The translations under genes were made by a program, and so were the position numbers. 53,122 nt of DNA from a virus. The notes below the pieces were generated by a model. That model saw only the letters and a program-made list of their open reading frames with translations. It ran no database searches and had not been told where the DNA came from. This document shows positions 24,213-33,557 of the stretch, piece by piece (within the stretch, counting starts at the first letter, position 1; every line of letters starts with the position of its first letter). The stretch lies in IMG/VR virus record IMGVR_UViG_3300017971_000065; one strand, written 5' to 3'.

Positions 24213-27197
24213 TTACTTGCAGACTCGTTTTCTGGTCTTTGGATCTGTGTAACACCGTTCATGGATATCGGCTGCTGGTAGTTGAGGAGAAGTCGTCAAT
24301 GCACCGCCAACGGCATCTATGTCATAGGCCCATTTCTTTCCGTCAGAACGGACTTCGAATTCCCTGAACAGTTCGGCAGAGATGTTATTGATGTTCTCAT
24401 TTAATATTTCATTGACAGCGACAGGGTGAGTGATTATGGCTTTGTACATGACCGCACCCTTTCCGTGATCGTGGTTGATTGGGTCTATCCATGTGACATC
24501 GGCATCCCACCAGAGGTCAGATAGAATTCCAGCCTTCAGGTATTCTGTCTTGTCGTGATAGAAGTTGAAATAAACGAGAGACTCGCCTACTCTTGGCTTC
24601 AGCTTCATTTTCATTAGTTCAGGGTCATCGTAGTTCATTTCTTTGTGTTCGCCTCTGTGAAAAAAGACACCAGAAATCTCAACGGAGAATGGGTTGTCAT
24701 CGTATCTCTTGACATTGTCCATCGAGAAATAGACATCGATCAATGACGAATGCTCTGACTCCTGTTTAGGTTTTTTTTTATCGGATTGTCTTTCGAGGAT
24801 TGAACGTAGATTGGCAACTATCTGATCTCTCTGCTCTCTTGGAATTGGATTTCCATCCTTGAGTTTGACATGGGAGACTCTGGCTATCGCATTGCGAAGG
24901 TGAGGCAGGTCGATGTTGCCTCTCTCGTCTTTGTATGGAAGGTGTCGGAGAGTTCGGGGAACGGTCTTGCCCTGTTCGTCCTTCTTTCCACCAGACTCGA
25001 CTAGTGCGAAGGCAGAGTCGGGAAGGTCGTTGATGTATTTGGTATCCCAGACTTCATGGAGTCTGAATACAACGCCTTTGTGAGAGTGATCACCAGCTGA
25101 GGAACGGATATGGCTTCCAGTTGAACCAGATAGTCTGGCATGGAATTCAACGCTCTCCATGAGCTCGTTCTCGTCCTTTGCCTCTGTAATCTCGATCAAT
25201 TTCATGTGTTCTGTCATGCCAACTACGTACTCAAGTGCCTGAAGTCTCTCATGCAGAGGTTTGTCCTTGACACATTGACCATCAATCCATCTCAAATCGA
25301 ACACGGTTGAATACATTCCAGTGTCATTGGACTTGATCTTTCGGCCAAGATACTTGATGACAGGTTCCTCACCATAGAACTTTCCTTTGCGGTATCCTTG
25401 CGCCCAACCAGTGATGAAAGCGTCGATTGTGAAGTTATGTTCTATTCCTGCCAGTTCTTTTATCAAGACTGGGAACTTGACAGAGCAATCTACTTCGTTC
25501 TCTCCGTCTATCGCATGGATGGTGACTTCATCCCCTCTCTTTCTGATGACGCAATGCAGACCATCTGGCATTTCGTGGACTATGGCCGGGAACGTGAACG
25601 ATTTGTTTATCTCGTTAATCAGGGTATCTGGCGTGTAGATGTTGTTATCGTATTCCTCTATTTCAAATTCGTCAATGGAATAGACACCTTCATGTTTCAT
25701 CGGGAAGTTCGATACGAGTGGCCAGTTAGCGGTTGTCTTTTTGTCGCCTTTCTTGAGTGATGGGATGGAACGAGGTGAAGTTACCTTCTGGACATGGAAT
25801 CCAGCAGACTTCATTTTCTTGATCCATTCAGGCTCGTCGCCTATGGAACAGATGAACTTGCCTTTGATATCCGACAGTATGTCGATGAATTCATCGAGGT
25901 CAACCTGTCCGATCTTGAATGACGCAGCCCTCTTGTCGCCAGACTGGTAATAGGGCGGGTCGATGTAAAAGAACGTGTCTTGGCCATCATGTCTTTCTAT
26001 CGAGTCCCTGAAGTCCTCTCTGGTTATCTCCGCGTTCTTCATTCTATCACGGATACGTTCAAAACGCTTTGGCTGATTGAGAGTGCAAGTGTGACCTTCG
26101 TCAGAGCTGTCGAATGACTTGCCCATCGAACCGAATGAGAATGTGGTCTTGTACAAGAACCAGTGAAGCCAATCCACCTTTGACGATGGTGCTGTCATGT
26201 TAACGATTTTCTTGTGGTATTTGGCAGAGCCAGTCCAGTTCTTCTTGACAAGTGTTCTGATTTCGGCATCGGTGATCGTTTTGAGAGATTTCAATGCCCT
26301 GACGTATTCTGGGTTGAGGTCGTTCAGGATTTCGGGGCCATCGGTTGGGTTCTTGGAAAAGAATATCGTTGCCGAACCGCAGAACGGTTCAACGAACTTC
26401 GAGTGCTTCGGAATGAGTGAGATAATGCGTCTGGCTTGGAGCATTTGACCTGCTGGATGTCCAAAGGCTCTGGCAACAGCGAATTCATCGTATTCCATGT
26501 CTTTTCTCTGGCCAGGAACGGCAGAGCCAGACTTCTCCTTTCCAATGCCAGGTCTATCAAGCCGTCTCATATCTCCACCACATTCAGGGCATTTAATCTC
26601 CTCACAGTGTTTATCAGAGTCCATGATATATTCACAGGTAAGACATTCGCATTTGTACATCTCGAAGTCTTTCGGTGGGCCAGGTTGGGGTGGAATTCCG
26701 ACAGGTGGTTCTTGAGGCGGTATCTTAACACCTCTGAGTGGCCTACGGAATTCGTGAGTGTGTCCATCAGTCTCTTGAATCTCCCACTCGACTATCTTGT
26801 GCCTATGGCCCAAGTCCTTTGAAGTCCATCCGTTGCCTTCGTCATCAACTTCAATCGCATGGTCATGTCCTACTTTCACTGTCGTTCTAATCTCCTCAAA
26901 GACTTCATGAGCCTCAAAATACGGATGTCTGCCCTGTTCTACAAGTGAAGTGTTGCCGACGTAGTTTGAAATGTATTTCTCATCGACAGACTTCACCTTC
27001 ACCCATGCATTATCCTTCACTTTGTGTTCTCTGTTCCAGATAGACCAGGCTACGGCTTCAGGAGATCTGACCTTGCGCTTCTCTCTCTTTATAGCGTCAC
27101 GGATCTCGGCCCACCTGTTCGCTTGGGCGAGTGTCAGAGGAATTCCTCTGTGCTTCTTTATGCTATCAGGCACTTCTGTCAAATTTGACCAGGGCAT
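24213..27197 (-). CDS. Multidomain virion-assembly fusion protein: ChaB-like N-terminus, His-rich region, zinc ribbon, Dam-type N6-adenine DNA methyltransferase, degenerate ATP-dependent-ligase-like domain, prohead-protease-like C-terminus
   Basis: FVEPFCGSA (motif I) and FFYIDPPYY (motif IV) mark a D12-class methyltransferase. VHEMPDGLHCVIRK / FTIDAFITGW / VFDLRWIDG...PLHERL follow ligase motifs I/III/IIIa but lack the catalytic Lys. FYHDK...ISAELF...GGALTTSPQLPAA resembles an S78-type prohead protease. Located between portal and scaffold. Confidence 0.7.
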   Translation of the reverse strand: MPWSNLTEVPDSIKKHRGIPLTLAQANRWAEIRDAIKREKRKVRSPEAVAWSIWNREHKVKDNAWVKVKSVDEKYISNYVGNTSLVEQGRHPYFEAHEVFEEIRTTVKVGHDHAIEVDDEGNGWTSKDLGHRHKIVEWEIQETDGHTHEFRRPLRGVKIPPQEPPVGIPPQPGPPKDFEMYKCECLTCEYIMDSDKHCEEIKCPECGGDMRRLDRPGIGKEKSGSAVPGQRKDMEYDEFAVARAFGHPAGQMLQARRIISLIPKHSKFVEPFCGSATIFFSKNPTDGPEILNDLNPEYVRALKSLKTITDAEIRTLVKKNWTGSAKYHKKIVNMTAPSSKVDWLHWFLYKTTFSFGSMGKSFDSSDEGHTCTLNQPKRFERIRDRMKNAEITREDFRDSIERHDGQDTFFYIDPPYYQSGDKRAASFKIGQVDLDEFIDILSDIKGKFICSIGDEPEWIKKMKSAGFHVQKVTSPRSIPSLKKGDKKTTANWPLVSNFPMKHEGVYSIDEFEIEEYDNNIYTPDTLINEINKSFTFPAIVHEMPDGLHCVIRKRGDEVTIHAIDGENEVDCSVKFPVLIKELAGIEHNFTIDAFITGWAQGYRKGKFYGEEPVIKYLGRKIKSNDTGMYSTVFDLRWIDGQCVKDKPLHERLQALEYVVGMTEHMKLIEITEAKDENELMESVEFHARLSGSTGSHIRSSAGDHSHKGVVFRLHEVWDTKYINDLPDSAFALVESGGKKDEQGKTVPRTLRHLPYKDERGNIDLPHLRNAIARVSHVKLKDGNPIPREQRDQIVANLRSILERQSDKKKPKQESEHSSLIDVYFSMDNVKRYDDNPFSVEISGVFFHRGEHKEMNYDDPELMKMKLKPRVGESLVYFNFYHDKTEYLKAGILSDLWWDADVTWIDPINHDHGKGAVMYKAIITHPVAVNEILNENINNISAELFREFEVRSDGKKWAYDIDAVGGALTTSPQLPAADIHERCYTDPKTRKRVCK

Positions 27198-28481
27198 CTA
27201 TTCATCCTCCTGTTCGGGTACTTTTGGAAGTCTCGTAGGTGGTGGAGATGAACGAACGATGTTCAACGCCTCGTCCACGAGTTTTTGAATTTCAGGGTCA
27301 GTAGGATTTATCAATCCATCGACCTGTCCAAGCCGTCTTATCCGCATGACAAATTCCTTTGCGGCCTTCTCCGAGAGTTTACCATATGTGACCTTGAGTC
27401 CTTTCCAATCTATCTCTGCCGATTTGTTGTCTCTGCTCTCATTCCAGTTGATCACGTTCTTGACGATTTTCTCGATTTTCATCTTGCGCTGGAACGCTCT
27501 GAACTTGATTTCGAACCAGTCCAAGAGATACTCAAGAGTCGCTCTGTTCTCTCCGTCACCTGATTGAAGGAGAAGGGCTACTGGCGTTTGAAGGACTGCG
27601 GCCTGAAGCTTTGTAGTATAGATTAATTGATTAATGATTGTGTCTTTAATCTCTATCATTGGTGGCCATTGGACATTCATTTCAGAGGCAGGGACTACAA
27701 CGAAGTCCATGTCTGGATCAGCGAGGTCTTGTGCAAGTCGGATTGCTTTTGATTCGAGTTGGGCTGTTGCTGGATTGAGAACAGTTCCATAGTTGACGAT
27801 CGGCTTTTTCCATGCCATATCGTATGCTGTCTGTACTCTGGCCTGTTCCAAGTTCTCTTTCAGGGTCGAGTCCCTGTAAGCCTGTTCGACCATTCCAAGC
27901 CCGAGCTGAGTGTGAGTCACCTGAACCCATGGTCGCCAAGACATCTCCAAGTCTGGAATGTATTGAGCCTTCTGACCGCCTCTCGTTTCAAGTTCGTATG
28001 CCTTTGGTCTGCCGAGTCTATTCACAACCACAACATCGGAGCCAGGATATTTCTTGAGAAATCCGTTCATAATCTTTGCGTCAACGGTTAGAAAATCAGT
28101 GATGTGCTTTTTCTTTCCAAAGATATGTTCAAGCCACCAGTTACCGAATATACAAGTATGAAGTGGAAATTTCTCAACGGACTCCTCGTACAATGTCGTG
28201 TCCATGAACAACTCATCGATGAGGGCCTGGGTTTTCTCCTTGTCTGCATAGACTTTGTATCCAGCGTCCTCTATCAACATCTGCCATCCTATAATTCCTC
28301 CACCGAGGATAGGCTCGTCATAAAACATATTTTCCAGAAAGATTGGATCGACACGATCAGTATCGAGTTTAGAAGTCGGTGAAGTCTCAGTCTTTGCTTT
28401 CACCTTGCCACCGCGTGGCTCAAGTTCGTAATGAGCTTCCTGTTTTCCGAGACTTCGTATCTTGTCAATTATACTTGGCAT
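27198..28481 (-). CDS. Portal protein
   Basis: 427 aa, immediately downstream of the large terminase. Confidence 0.65.
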   Translation of the reverse strand: MPSIIDKIRSLGKQEAHYELEPRGGKVKAKTETSPTSKLDTDRVDPIFLENMFYDEPILGGGIIGWQMLIEDAGYKVYADKEKTQALIDELFMDTTLYEESVEKFPLHTCIFGNWWLEHIFGKKKHITDFLTVDAKIMNGFLKKYPGSDVVVVNRLGRPKAYELETRGGQKAQYIPDLEMSWRPWVQVTHTQLGLGMVEQAYRDSTLKENLEQARVQTAYDMAWKKPIVNYGTVLNPATAQLESKAIRLAQDLADPDMDFVVVPASEMNVQWPPMIEIKDTIINQLIYTTKLQAAVLQTPVALLLQSGDGENRATLEYLLDWFEIKFRAFQRKMKIEKIVKNVINWNESRDNKSAEIDWKGLKVTYGKLSEKAAKEFVMRIRRLGQVDGLINPTDPEIQKLVDEALNIVRSSPPPTRLPKVPEQEDE

Positions 28482-28485
28482 CTGT

Positions 28486-30000
28486 TCATCTCCCTTTAGG
28501 CCGGGTAAAGCCCTTCGGTTTTGTTGTTCGAGGCCGATTGATTTTTCTTGGAACGATAGGTTTCAGTTCTCCCGGTTCCAGAGAGTCTTGTGGCCTCGTA
28601 CAGAGGGCAAACCATGTCAGGGCGAGTGAGTCACCATAGTCGTCATGCTTGTTTCGTTGGTTTGGGGCTGCGACTTTAAATAGATTTCCAACCCATTTGG
28701 CCGTCAACGAGGTCATCTGATCCTCGAAGCGATAGCGTTCAACCCTGTCCACAGCTGGATAGGTGAAAGACTGGTTGACGATGGCCTTTCTCAATTCCTG
28801 CCACATGAATGACTGGATGTTCTTTTCCATCGGCACTCGTGCGACAGGGATGTGTTCAGGTAGGAAATCACTTATTCCTTCGCCGTGTAAAGTGTCTATG
28901 TTGACAACAAAGATATTGGGAAAGCCCTTTAAAATACTTTCGATGTCTGTTGCTTGAGTCTTGTAATCGTCACCTCTCCATTCTGCCCAGAGGTTGATGT
29001 GAGGCTTTCCGATCATGCTCATTATTGTCATCACTGTTGAATCATTTACTCTGGCTGGGTCAATCCCAACGACTACTGGCTCATCATTCTGAAGTATCAG
29101 GTTGCCATTCTGAAGTTCAACTAGTTCCTCAATGGTGCAGAAGTTGGACGATACTGACACCCATTCGAGCTCGTACTGAGTTTTGAAGTAGTCGGACTCT
29201 CGCCCATGCTTGTTCATTTCTTTCGTGACATAGATTTCATAATCTTTTGCGTACTTGTCCGTTGCCTCTCTAACGACATCTCGCCAATTGCTTACATAGA
29301 TATTCGGGCCAGCACGACTTGAGATGTTGTAGAAGTGACCGAGTCGTTCAGGTGTTGGATTTCCAGTAAGGATACGAGTTCCGTTTGTTGCGGCGCACAT
29401 CGGATAGATGGAATTGAGAAGTCTGGTGTCTGTGATGTTCTGCGCTTCTTCACAATAAGCGAGATCCAATGTCAATCGTTCTATCATGGCATTGATGGAC
29501 GCTGTTTCACAATATATACGTGTGCCATTTGACAGCCATAGTTCTTCGGAATTGTTCTTTATGGTCTTGATACCGAGATGGTCGTGCATGAAATGAGTGT
29601 CATGGAAGAACTTGTACATATTGAAGGCGTGGATGGCTTGAGAGTGTTTGGGGCCGAATATGCCTGCCTGAAAGCCGTCCTTCATCGGCTTGTATATTGT
29701 CGGAAGGGATGAAATGAAATGAAGTCCAGCACCAGGAAGTCCAGTGGTCTTTCCAGACTGTCTTGACAACATGACCACTATCTCAAGCCCGAGCCTGTTC
29801 ACGACTGATTCTACAACTCTCCATGCTGGTCGAATTTGATATGGTCTGAGTTTGATACGTCTCCTGCCAGTATATCCACCATAGATACATGAGGCAAGAG
29901 TGAAGTTGTACAAATCCTCTGGCTTCAGTTCCTCAACGATGAACGGCTCACCAGTGGAACACTTGTCGGCCATGTCCTGAAAGACTTCCTTATCTCCCAT
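28486..30000 (-). CDS. terL: Terminase large subunit
   Basis: Walker A VVMLSRQSGKTT, C-terminal RNaseH-like nuclease segment VVGIDPARVNDSTVMTIM, 504 aa. Confidence 0.85.
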   Translation of the reverse strand: MGDKEVFQDMADKCSTGEPFIVEELKPEDLYNFTLASCIYGGYTGRRRIKLRPYQIRPAWRVVESVVNRLGLEIVVMLSRQSGKTTGLPGAGLHFISSLPTIYKPMKDGFQAGIFGPKHSQAIHAFNMYKFFHDTHFMHDHLGIKTIKNNSEELWLSNGTRIYCETASINAMIERLTLDLAYCEEAQNITDTRLLNSIYPMCAATNGTRILTGNPTPERLGHFYNISSRAGPNIYVSNWRDVVREATDKYAKDYEIYVTKEMNKHGRESDYFKTQYELEWVSVSSNFCTIEELVELQNGNLILQNDEPVVVGIDPARVNDSTVMTIMSMIGKPHINLWAEWRGDDYKTQATDIESILKGFPNIFVVNIDTLHGEGISDFLPEHIPVARVPMEKNIQSFMWQELRKAIVNQSFTYPAVDRVERYRFEDQMTSLTAKWVGNLFKVAAPNQRNKHDDYGDSLALTWFALCTRPQDSLEPGELKPIVPRKINRPRTTKPKGFTRPKGR

Positions 30001-30001
30001 G

Positions 30002-30592
30002 TCACACCTTCACTAGTTCTTTCTCTTTCTTTTCGAGTTCGGCCTTGAGTTTCTCATCTTCTTTGTCCTTTTCCTTCTCTCTGGCGAATATCTTGTCGAG
30101 CGTTTTCCTTCTGTCCTCAACCTCTCTGTCATGAGACTTTTCAGAGGCCCAACCCATGAACCTTCCGAAAGCTACCATCTGGCCACCATTGATGGCAGTA
30201 ATGGCCTGGTAGTTTTTCATCAGGGTGTTGAGGGTATCTCCCTTCGTTCCAATAGTTGAGAAATCTCGTCTGGACAGTTCACGTTCCATCCTGTTGAGAA
30301 GTAATCTATTGAAGCGTAACTGGTCTTTCATTGCTTGATAGACCTTCCATTGCTCGTCGAAGTCCTTGACCTGATCCGCAAGTTCAAAGAAACAGAGTCC
30401 ACCTGGTGCTTTTTCGGCATAGGCGCAAGTGTTGATTGGACAGTCCTTGCACTTCATAAGAGCATATTCAGTCTCCCTGTTCAACTGCTCTCGATGTTTG
30501 TGACAGTATCCAGAGGAGTCATCAGTACGAAGTCTGCACCGTTCTCCTGTGTCATCTTTAATTCCAGCACATTGAACCTTGTTCTTATCCAT
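30002..30592 (-). CDS. Putative terminase small subunit
   Basis: Immediately upstream of terL. Cys-rich N-terminus and coiled-coil K/E-rich C-terminus. Assignment by position only. Confidence 0.4.
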   Translation of the reverse strand: MDKNKVQCAGIKDDTGERCRLRTDDSSGYCHKHREQLNRETEYALMKCKDCPINTCAYAEKAPGGLCFFELADQVKDFDEQWKVYQAMKDQLRFNRLLLNRMERELSRRDFSTIGTKGDTLNTLMKNYQAITAINGGQMVAFGRFMGWASEKSHDREVEDRRKTLDKIFAREKEKDKEDEKLKAELEKKEKELVKV

Positions 30593-30604
30593 AGGAACAC
30601 CTCA

Positions 30605-30748
30605 CTATTCCTCTGGCGATAAGTCAAGACAATCCTCGCAAGTGACTTCTTCCCAGTTGTCGGTCAAGTCATCCTCAACGACTTCAGCTTCGGTATCACA
30701 AGCATAAAGACTTGTCCCGCCAGCTATAATCCTCTTGTGTTTCACCAT
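30605..30748 (-). CDS. Small protein (47 aa, below ORF-track cutoff); paralogue-like to 30748..30954
   Basis: MVKHKRIIAGGTSLYACDTEAEVVEDDLTDNWEEVTCEDCLDLSPEE. Shares the Y-x-C...VTC-x-x-C pattern with the upstream gene. Confidence 0.4.
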   Translation of the reverse strand: MVKHKRIIAGGTSLYACDTEAEVVEDDLTDNWEEVTCEDCLDLSPEE

Positions 30749-30954
30749 TATAACGCACCTTCCTTTTTCAGTAATCTGATACAGTTCTTACAGGTCACAT
30801 CCTCTATTCGTTTAGCGATTTTCTCTGGTGTAGTTGAACTTGAACCAATGCATATATAGACAGGTTCTCTTGGTTCACTTCCCCCATAGGTTGTTGTCCA
30901 GTGTAGAATATGAGGGTTCTTGATCGAATGGGCGTATCTACTCGGCATCAGCAA
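30748..30954 (-). CDS. Small hypothetical protein (68 aa)
   Basis: PVYICIG...EDVTCKNCIRLL. Confidence 0.45.
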   Translation of the reverse strand: MLMPSRYAHSIKNPHILHWTTTYGGSEPREPVYICIGSSSTTPEKIAKRIEDVTCKNCIRLLKKEGAL

Positions 30955-31207
30955 TCCCCCATGTCATGAACCATCCTTCCTTACTGCCGATGTCCTCAAC
31001 GTGTTCCCTGAGTGCAATGTCGAAAGCACTGCCTCTCGATTGATTGTGAACGTCCAGTATCTTGTCGTGAAGCTCCTCTCGTTCAGAATCCATGTAACCC
31101 AAAGACACACCGATAGGCATCTCCTTACCTTTCTCGATCATGTGCCTGACCTTCTCAATGTATTCAGCCAGTACCTCATCATCAACGTCGATATCGGCTA
31201 TCTTCAT
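30938..31207 (-). CDS. Hypothetical protein (89 aa), first gene of the minus-strand operon
   Basis: AGGTGATGTGATG start context at 31207; TATA box at 31239-31250. Confidence 0.55.
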   Translation of the reverse strand: MKIADIDVDDEVLAEYIEKVRHMIEKGKEMPIGVSLGYMDSEREELHDKILDVHNQSRGSAFDIALREHVEDIGSKEGWFMTWGIADAE

Positions 31208-31238
31208 CACATCACCTTGAGGTACATTATGGAATGTC

Positions 31239-31250
31239 AAGTATTTAAAG
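31239..31250 (-). promoter_or_regulatory. Archaeal TATA-box promoter CTTTAAATACTT (minus strand) driving the packaging/head operon
   Basis: About 35-40 nt upstream of ATG 31207, at the edge of the AT-rich divergent region. Confidence 0.5.
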
Positions 31251-31441
31251 TTGATTATGGAAGGATACATTGACCAAAAATTGTAGATGTATTCGTTTAT
31301 ATGGATTTTTATATTCGGAATTTTATAAATCTATTCGTTTAAAATCATATATATAAAAGATCAAATATATATTAAGGCCATAATAATAAATATATATTCT
31401 ATATAGACCTATATAGGGATATATATTATATATAGAAAAGA

Positions 31442-31452
31442 TTTAAATACTT
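31442..31452 (+). promoter_or_regulatory. Archaeal TATA-box promoter TTTAAATACTT driving the plus-strand early block
   Basis: In the AT-rich divergent intergenic region 31208-31515; same core as the other promoters. Confidence 0.5.
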
Positions 31453-31515
31453 ATATGCCTTTCTTACTGGTGGAGATAAAAAATATCTCTGACAAAAAAA
31501 TCAGGAGGTAAAAAA

Positions 31516-31755
31516 ATGGATGATATAGATAATATCTTATCTCTAAACCTTCCATCCGAAAACTCGAACGCTGGACGATGGAAGGGGGGGAGATATGATA
31601 CCAGTAAGAAAGAAGAAATGCAGAAATGGAACAACCTTAAGAATATGGTAAGGTATCAAGGAGACAATAACGTTGAGGTAAAAAATCGACTTGACAATCT
31701 CGCCTCTGCAATCGACCAAGGAATACTGGAAATAAGAAAAGTCAAGACGAAGTAG
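31516..31755 (+). CDS. Hypothetical protein (79 aa)
   Basis: AGGAGGT SD 7 nt upstream. Confidence 0.6.
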   Translation: MDDIDNILSLNLPSENSNAGRWKGGRYDTSKKEEMQKWNNLKNMVRYQGDNNVEVKNRLDNLASAIDQGILEIRKVKTK

Positions 31756-31821
31756 TTTTGATTTTTCTCTCTTTATTTTTTTTACCTATTGATTAAAATC
31801 TATGATTAAAAATATTAATGG

Positions 31822-32169
31822 ATGGATGGATGTATGACTAAATATATTGATGGAGAATTATATAATCTTATCTATCTGACATTTAAATCGATGACGAGAG
31901 ATACAAATAGATTAGGAGGGTATTATTACATGGGACGGGATTCAGCGCGACTTCAGGAGGAAATGGAAATAAGTGTGATAATTGGGACAAGAGAGAGAAT
32001 GGCCAGAAAAGAGGATAACTCTTTCAGGAAGTCAATAAACTTCGGCAAGGTAACGTCAACGATCTTGTCCGACTGTAATCGGTGTGGACATGAGAATAAC
32101 CTGACAAAGAGTAAGTCAGTATTCTGTTCAAAATGTGGAGCACTATTGACCAATAGGAGATATGGATAG
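31822..32169 (+). CDS. Hypothetical protein with C-terminal zinc ribbon
   Basis: CNRCGH...CSKCG; start ATG 31822 or 31834. Confidence 0.5.
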   Translation: MDGCMTKYIDGELYNLIYLTFKSMTRDTNRLGGYYYMGRDSARLQEEMEISVIIGTRERMARKEDNSFRKSINFGKVTSTILSDCNRCGHENNLTKSKSVFCSKCGALLTNRRYG

Positions 32170-32312
32170 AGTCAAAAACCCACAGATGGTATCCTAAATC
32201 ATGGGAAAACTACGACAAGTGTCGATGTATTCAGATTATTCAATTTACTGATTGTCGAGTCTGGACACAAAATGACGATATACAATTCGGCAATAGTCGT
32301 ATCAATTCAATG

Positions 32313-32322
32313 TTAAATACTT
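32313..32322 (+). promoter_or_regulatory. TATA-like element TTAAATACTT
   Basis: Same AAATACTT core; about 45 nt upstream of the small ORF at 32365. Confidence 0.3.
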
Positions 32323-32364
32323 GGAACTTTTTTAAGTATAGACATACATCCCAACCCAGATACC

Positions 32365-32511
32365 ATGATGGAGGGATTAAGCGGTCAGAGGATTGAAACA
32401 TATCATCTGTATCAGAATGACCTTCTGATTTTTCCGCTTCTCGTATCTGTCATGGTATCTATCTTTATGGGGATTGATTGGTTAAAGTCCAATAATCTCA
32501 GTGAGGGATAA
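32365..32511 (+). CDS. Small membrane protein (48 aa, below ORF-track cutoff)
   Basis: MMEGLSGQRIETYHLYQNDLLIFPLLVSVMVSIFMGIDWL... Confidence 0.3.
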   Translation: MMEGLSGQRIETYHLYQNDLLIFPLLVSVMVSIFMGIDWLKSNNLSEG

Positions 32512-32512
32512 T

Positions 32513-32656
32513 ATGGAAGCAAGACAACTACCGATATACGAGATAGACGGTGTGCAATGGTTCAGGGATAAAAGACTTGGAGAATACAGACAGGTCAGAA
32601 ATCCACACGAGCGAATGACTCTCGATGAGGGAGATAGAAAGGTGAACAACTCATAA
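32513..32656 (+). CDS. Small hypothetical protein (47 aa, below ORF-track cutoff)
   Basis: ATG 2 nt after the upstream stop; MEARQLPIYEIDGVQWFRDKRLGEYRQV... Confidence 0.3.
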   Translation: MEARQLPIYEIDGVQWFRDKRLGEYRQVRNPHERMTLDEGDRKVNNS

Positions 32657-32681
32657 GCGGATCGACACTAATCAGGAGGAT

Positions 32682-33056
32682 ATGAACATGGTGAAAGACA
32701 CGCAAACTCTTTTCGAGAAGGAAAGGGGTGGGTTAACAAAGAATGCATGGAGTCAGCGCAAGAAAAAATACAGACTCAACGGATTGAGACAGGGAGACTG
32801 GCATATAATCAGACCGAATGATTTGTCAATAGACCATGTCCGAACAGGGATGACAATCCAGAATACCCAACACGAACATCTGATATATCGTATAGTCAGG
32901 ACGAGAGGAATAACAGGAAGGCCACTAACTGTCAGAAAGGGTTTCAATCAGGGACGCAGATGTATTCTGGTCATCGAGACAAAGGATATCGGAACGGAGA
33001 AACCGCCATCAAAGGAACTGATGGACTTGTCCCGGTTCAGGTTGGTGATACCGTGA
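32682..33056 (+). CDS. Hypothetical protein (124 aa)
   Basis: AGGAGGA SD upstream. Confidence 0.6.
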   Translation: MNMVKDTQTLFEKERGGLTKNAWSQRKKKYRLNGLRQGDWHIIRPNDLSIDHVRTGMTIQNTQHEHLIYRIVRTRGITGRPLTVRKGFNQGRRCILVIETKDIGTEKPPSKELMDLSRFRLVIP

Positions 33057-33175
33057 CTTCGATATGGTGGAATACGGACATGGGAGAACCAGACCAAGTT
33101 ACGATAGAATTTCATCAGGTGATTGTGGTCGTGAACGGAACACGGAGAATATACTCGCTCAAGGATGTGATTTGA
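33053..33175 (+). CDS. Small hypothetical protein (40 aa, GTG start)
   Basis: GTGA overlap with the upstream stop; the frame gives IWWNTDMGEPDQVTIEFHQVIVVVNG... Confidence 0.25.
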   Translation: MTSIWWNTDMGEPDQVTIEFHQVIVVVNGTRRIYSLKDVI

Positions 33176-33360
33176 TGGTCGATGTCAGATGTATCGGGGA
33201 TTGCCAGAACTGTCATCTCCCGGTCTGCGTTGAGGCAGAGGACAGAATCGTTCTCGATGAAGTGAGCAGAAAGCCCGAGATCACGGTCAGGGAATGGAAA
33301 CCAACGAGAACGCAACATCCAGTATCTCGTCAGAAGGCGGTGAATAGATGGTCTATGTAA
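33175..33360 (+). CDS. Small Cys-rich protein (61 aa)
   Basis: TGATG overlap; GGATGTGAT SD-like context; CIGDCQNCHLPVC. Confidence 0.4.
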   Translation: MVDVRCIGDCQNCHLPVCVEAEDRIVLDEVSRKPEITVREWKPTRTQHPVSRQKAVNRWSM

Positions 33361-33557
33361 ATCCAAACTTCAGAACCAAGAAGGAACTCAAACAGGCAGT
33401 AGAGAGCGGTGACAATGTCAGGGCATATCAACCTGGGCCATTCGGTTCAGATGTGAAAGACGGAAAGCATTGTGCTGAAGGCCCGCACTATCCAGAACCG
33501 CATAGGTGGTATGCAACCATCGAGGTCAAGGATGGGAAAGTCGTGAAGGTGAAGTAA
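33348..33557 (+). CDS. Hypothetical protein (69 aa)
   Basis: GGTGA SD 4 nt upstream; QPGPFG...EGPHYPEPHRWYA. Confidence 0.5.
   Translation: MVYVNPNFRTKKELKQAVESGDNVRAYQPGPFGSDVKDGKHCAEGPHYPEPHRWYATIEVKDGKVVKVK

Noticed and set aside
25038-25610. Ligase-like region of the 994-aa protein, considered as an active DNA or RNA ligase.
   Set aside because: The motif I lysine is Met (EMPDG), and the motif III, IV and V acidic and lysine residues are also replaced. Described only as a degenerate ligase-like fold pending structure prediction.
31300-31450. AT-rich repeats (TATATA, CTATATAG, ATTCGTTTA), considered as a CRISPR array or tandem-repeat locus.
   Set aside because: There are no regularly spaced identical repeats with unique spacers. 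The pattern fits a divergent promoter or origin region with TATA boxes.
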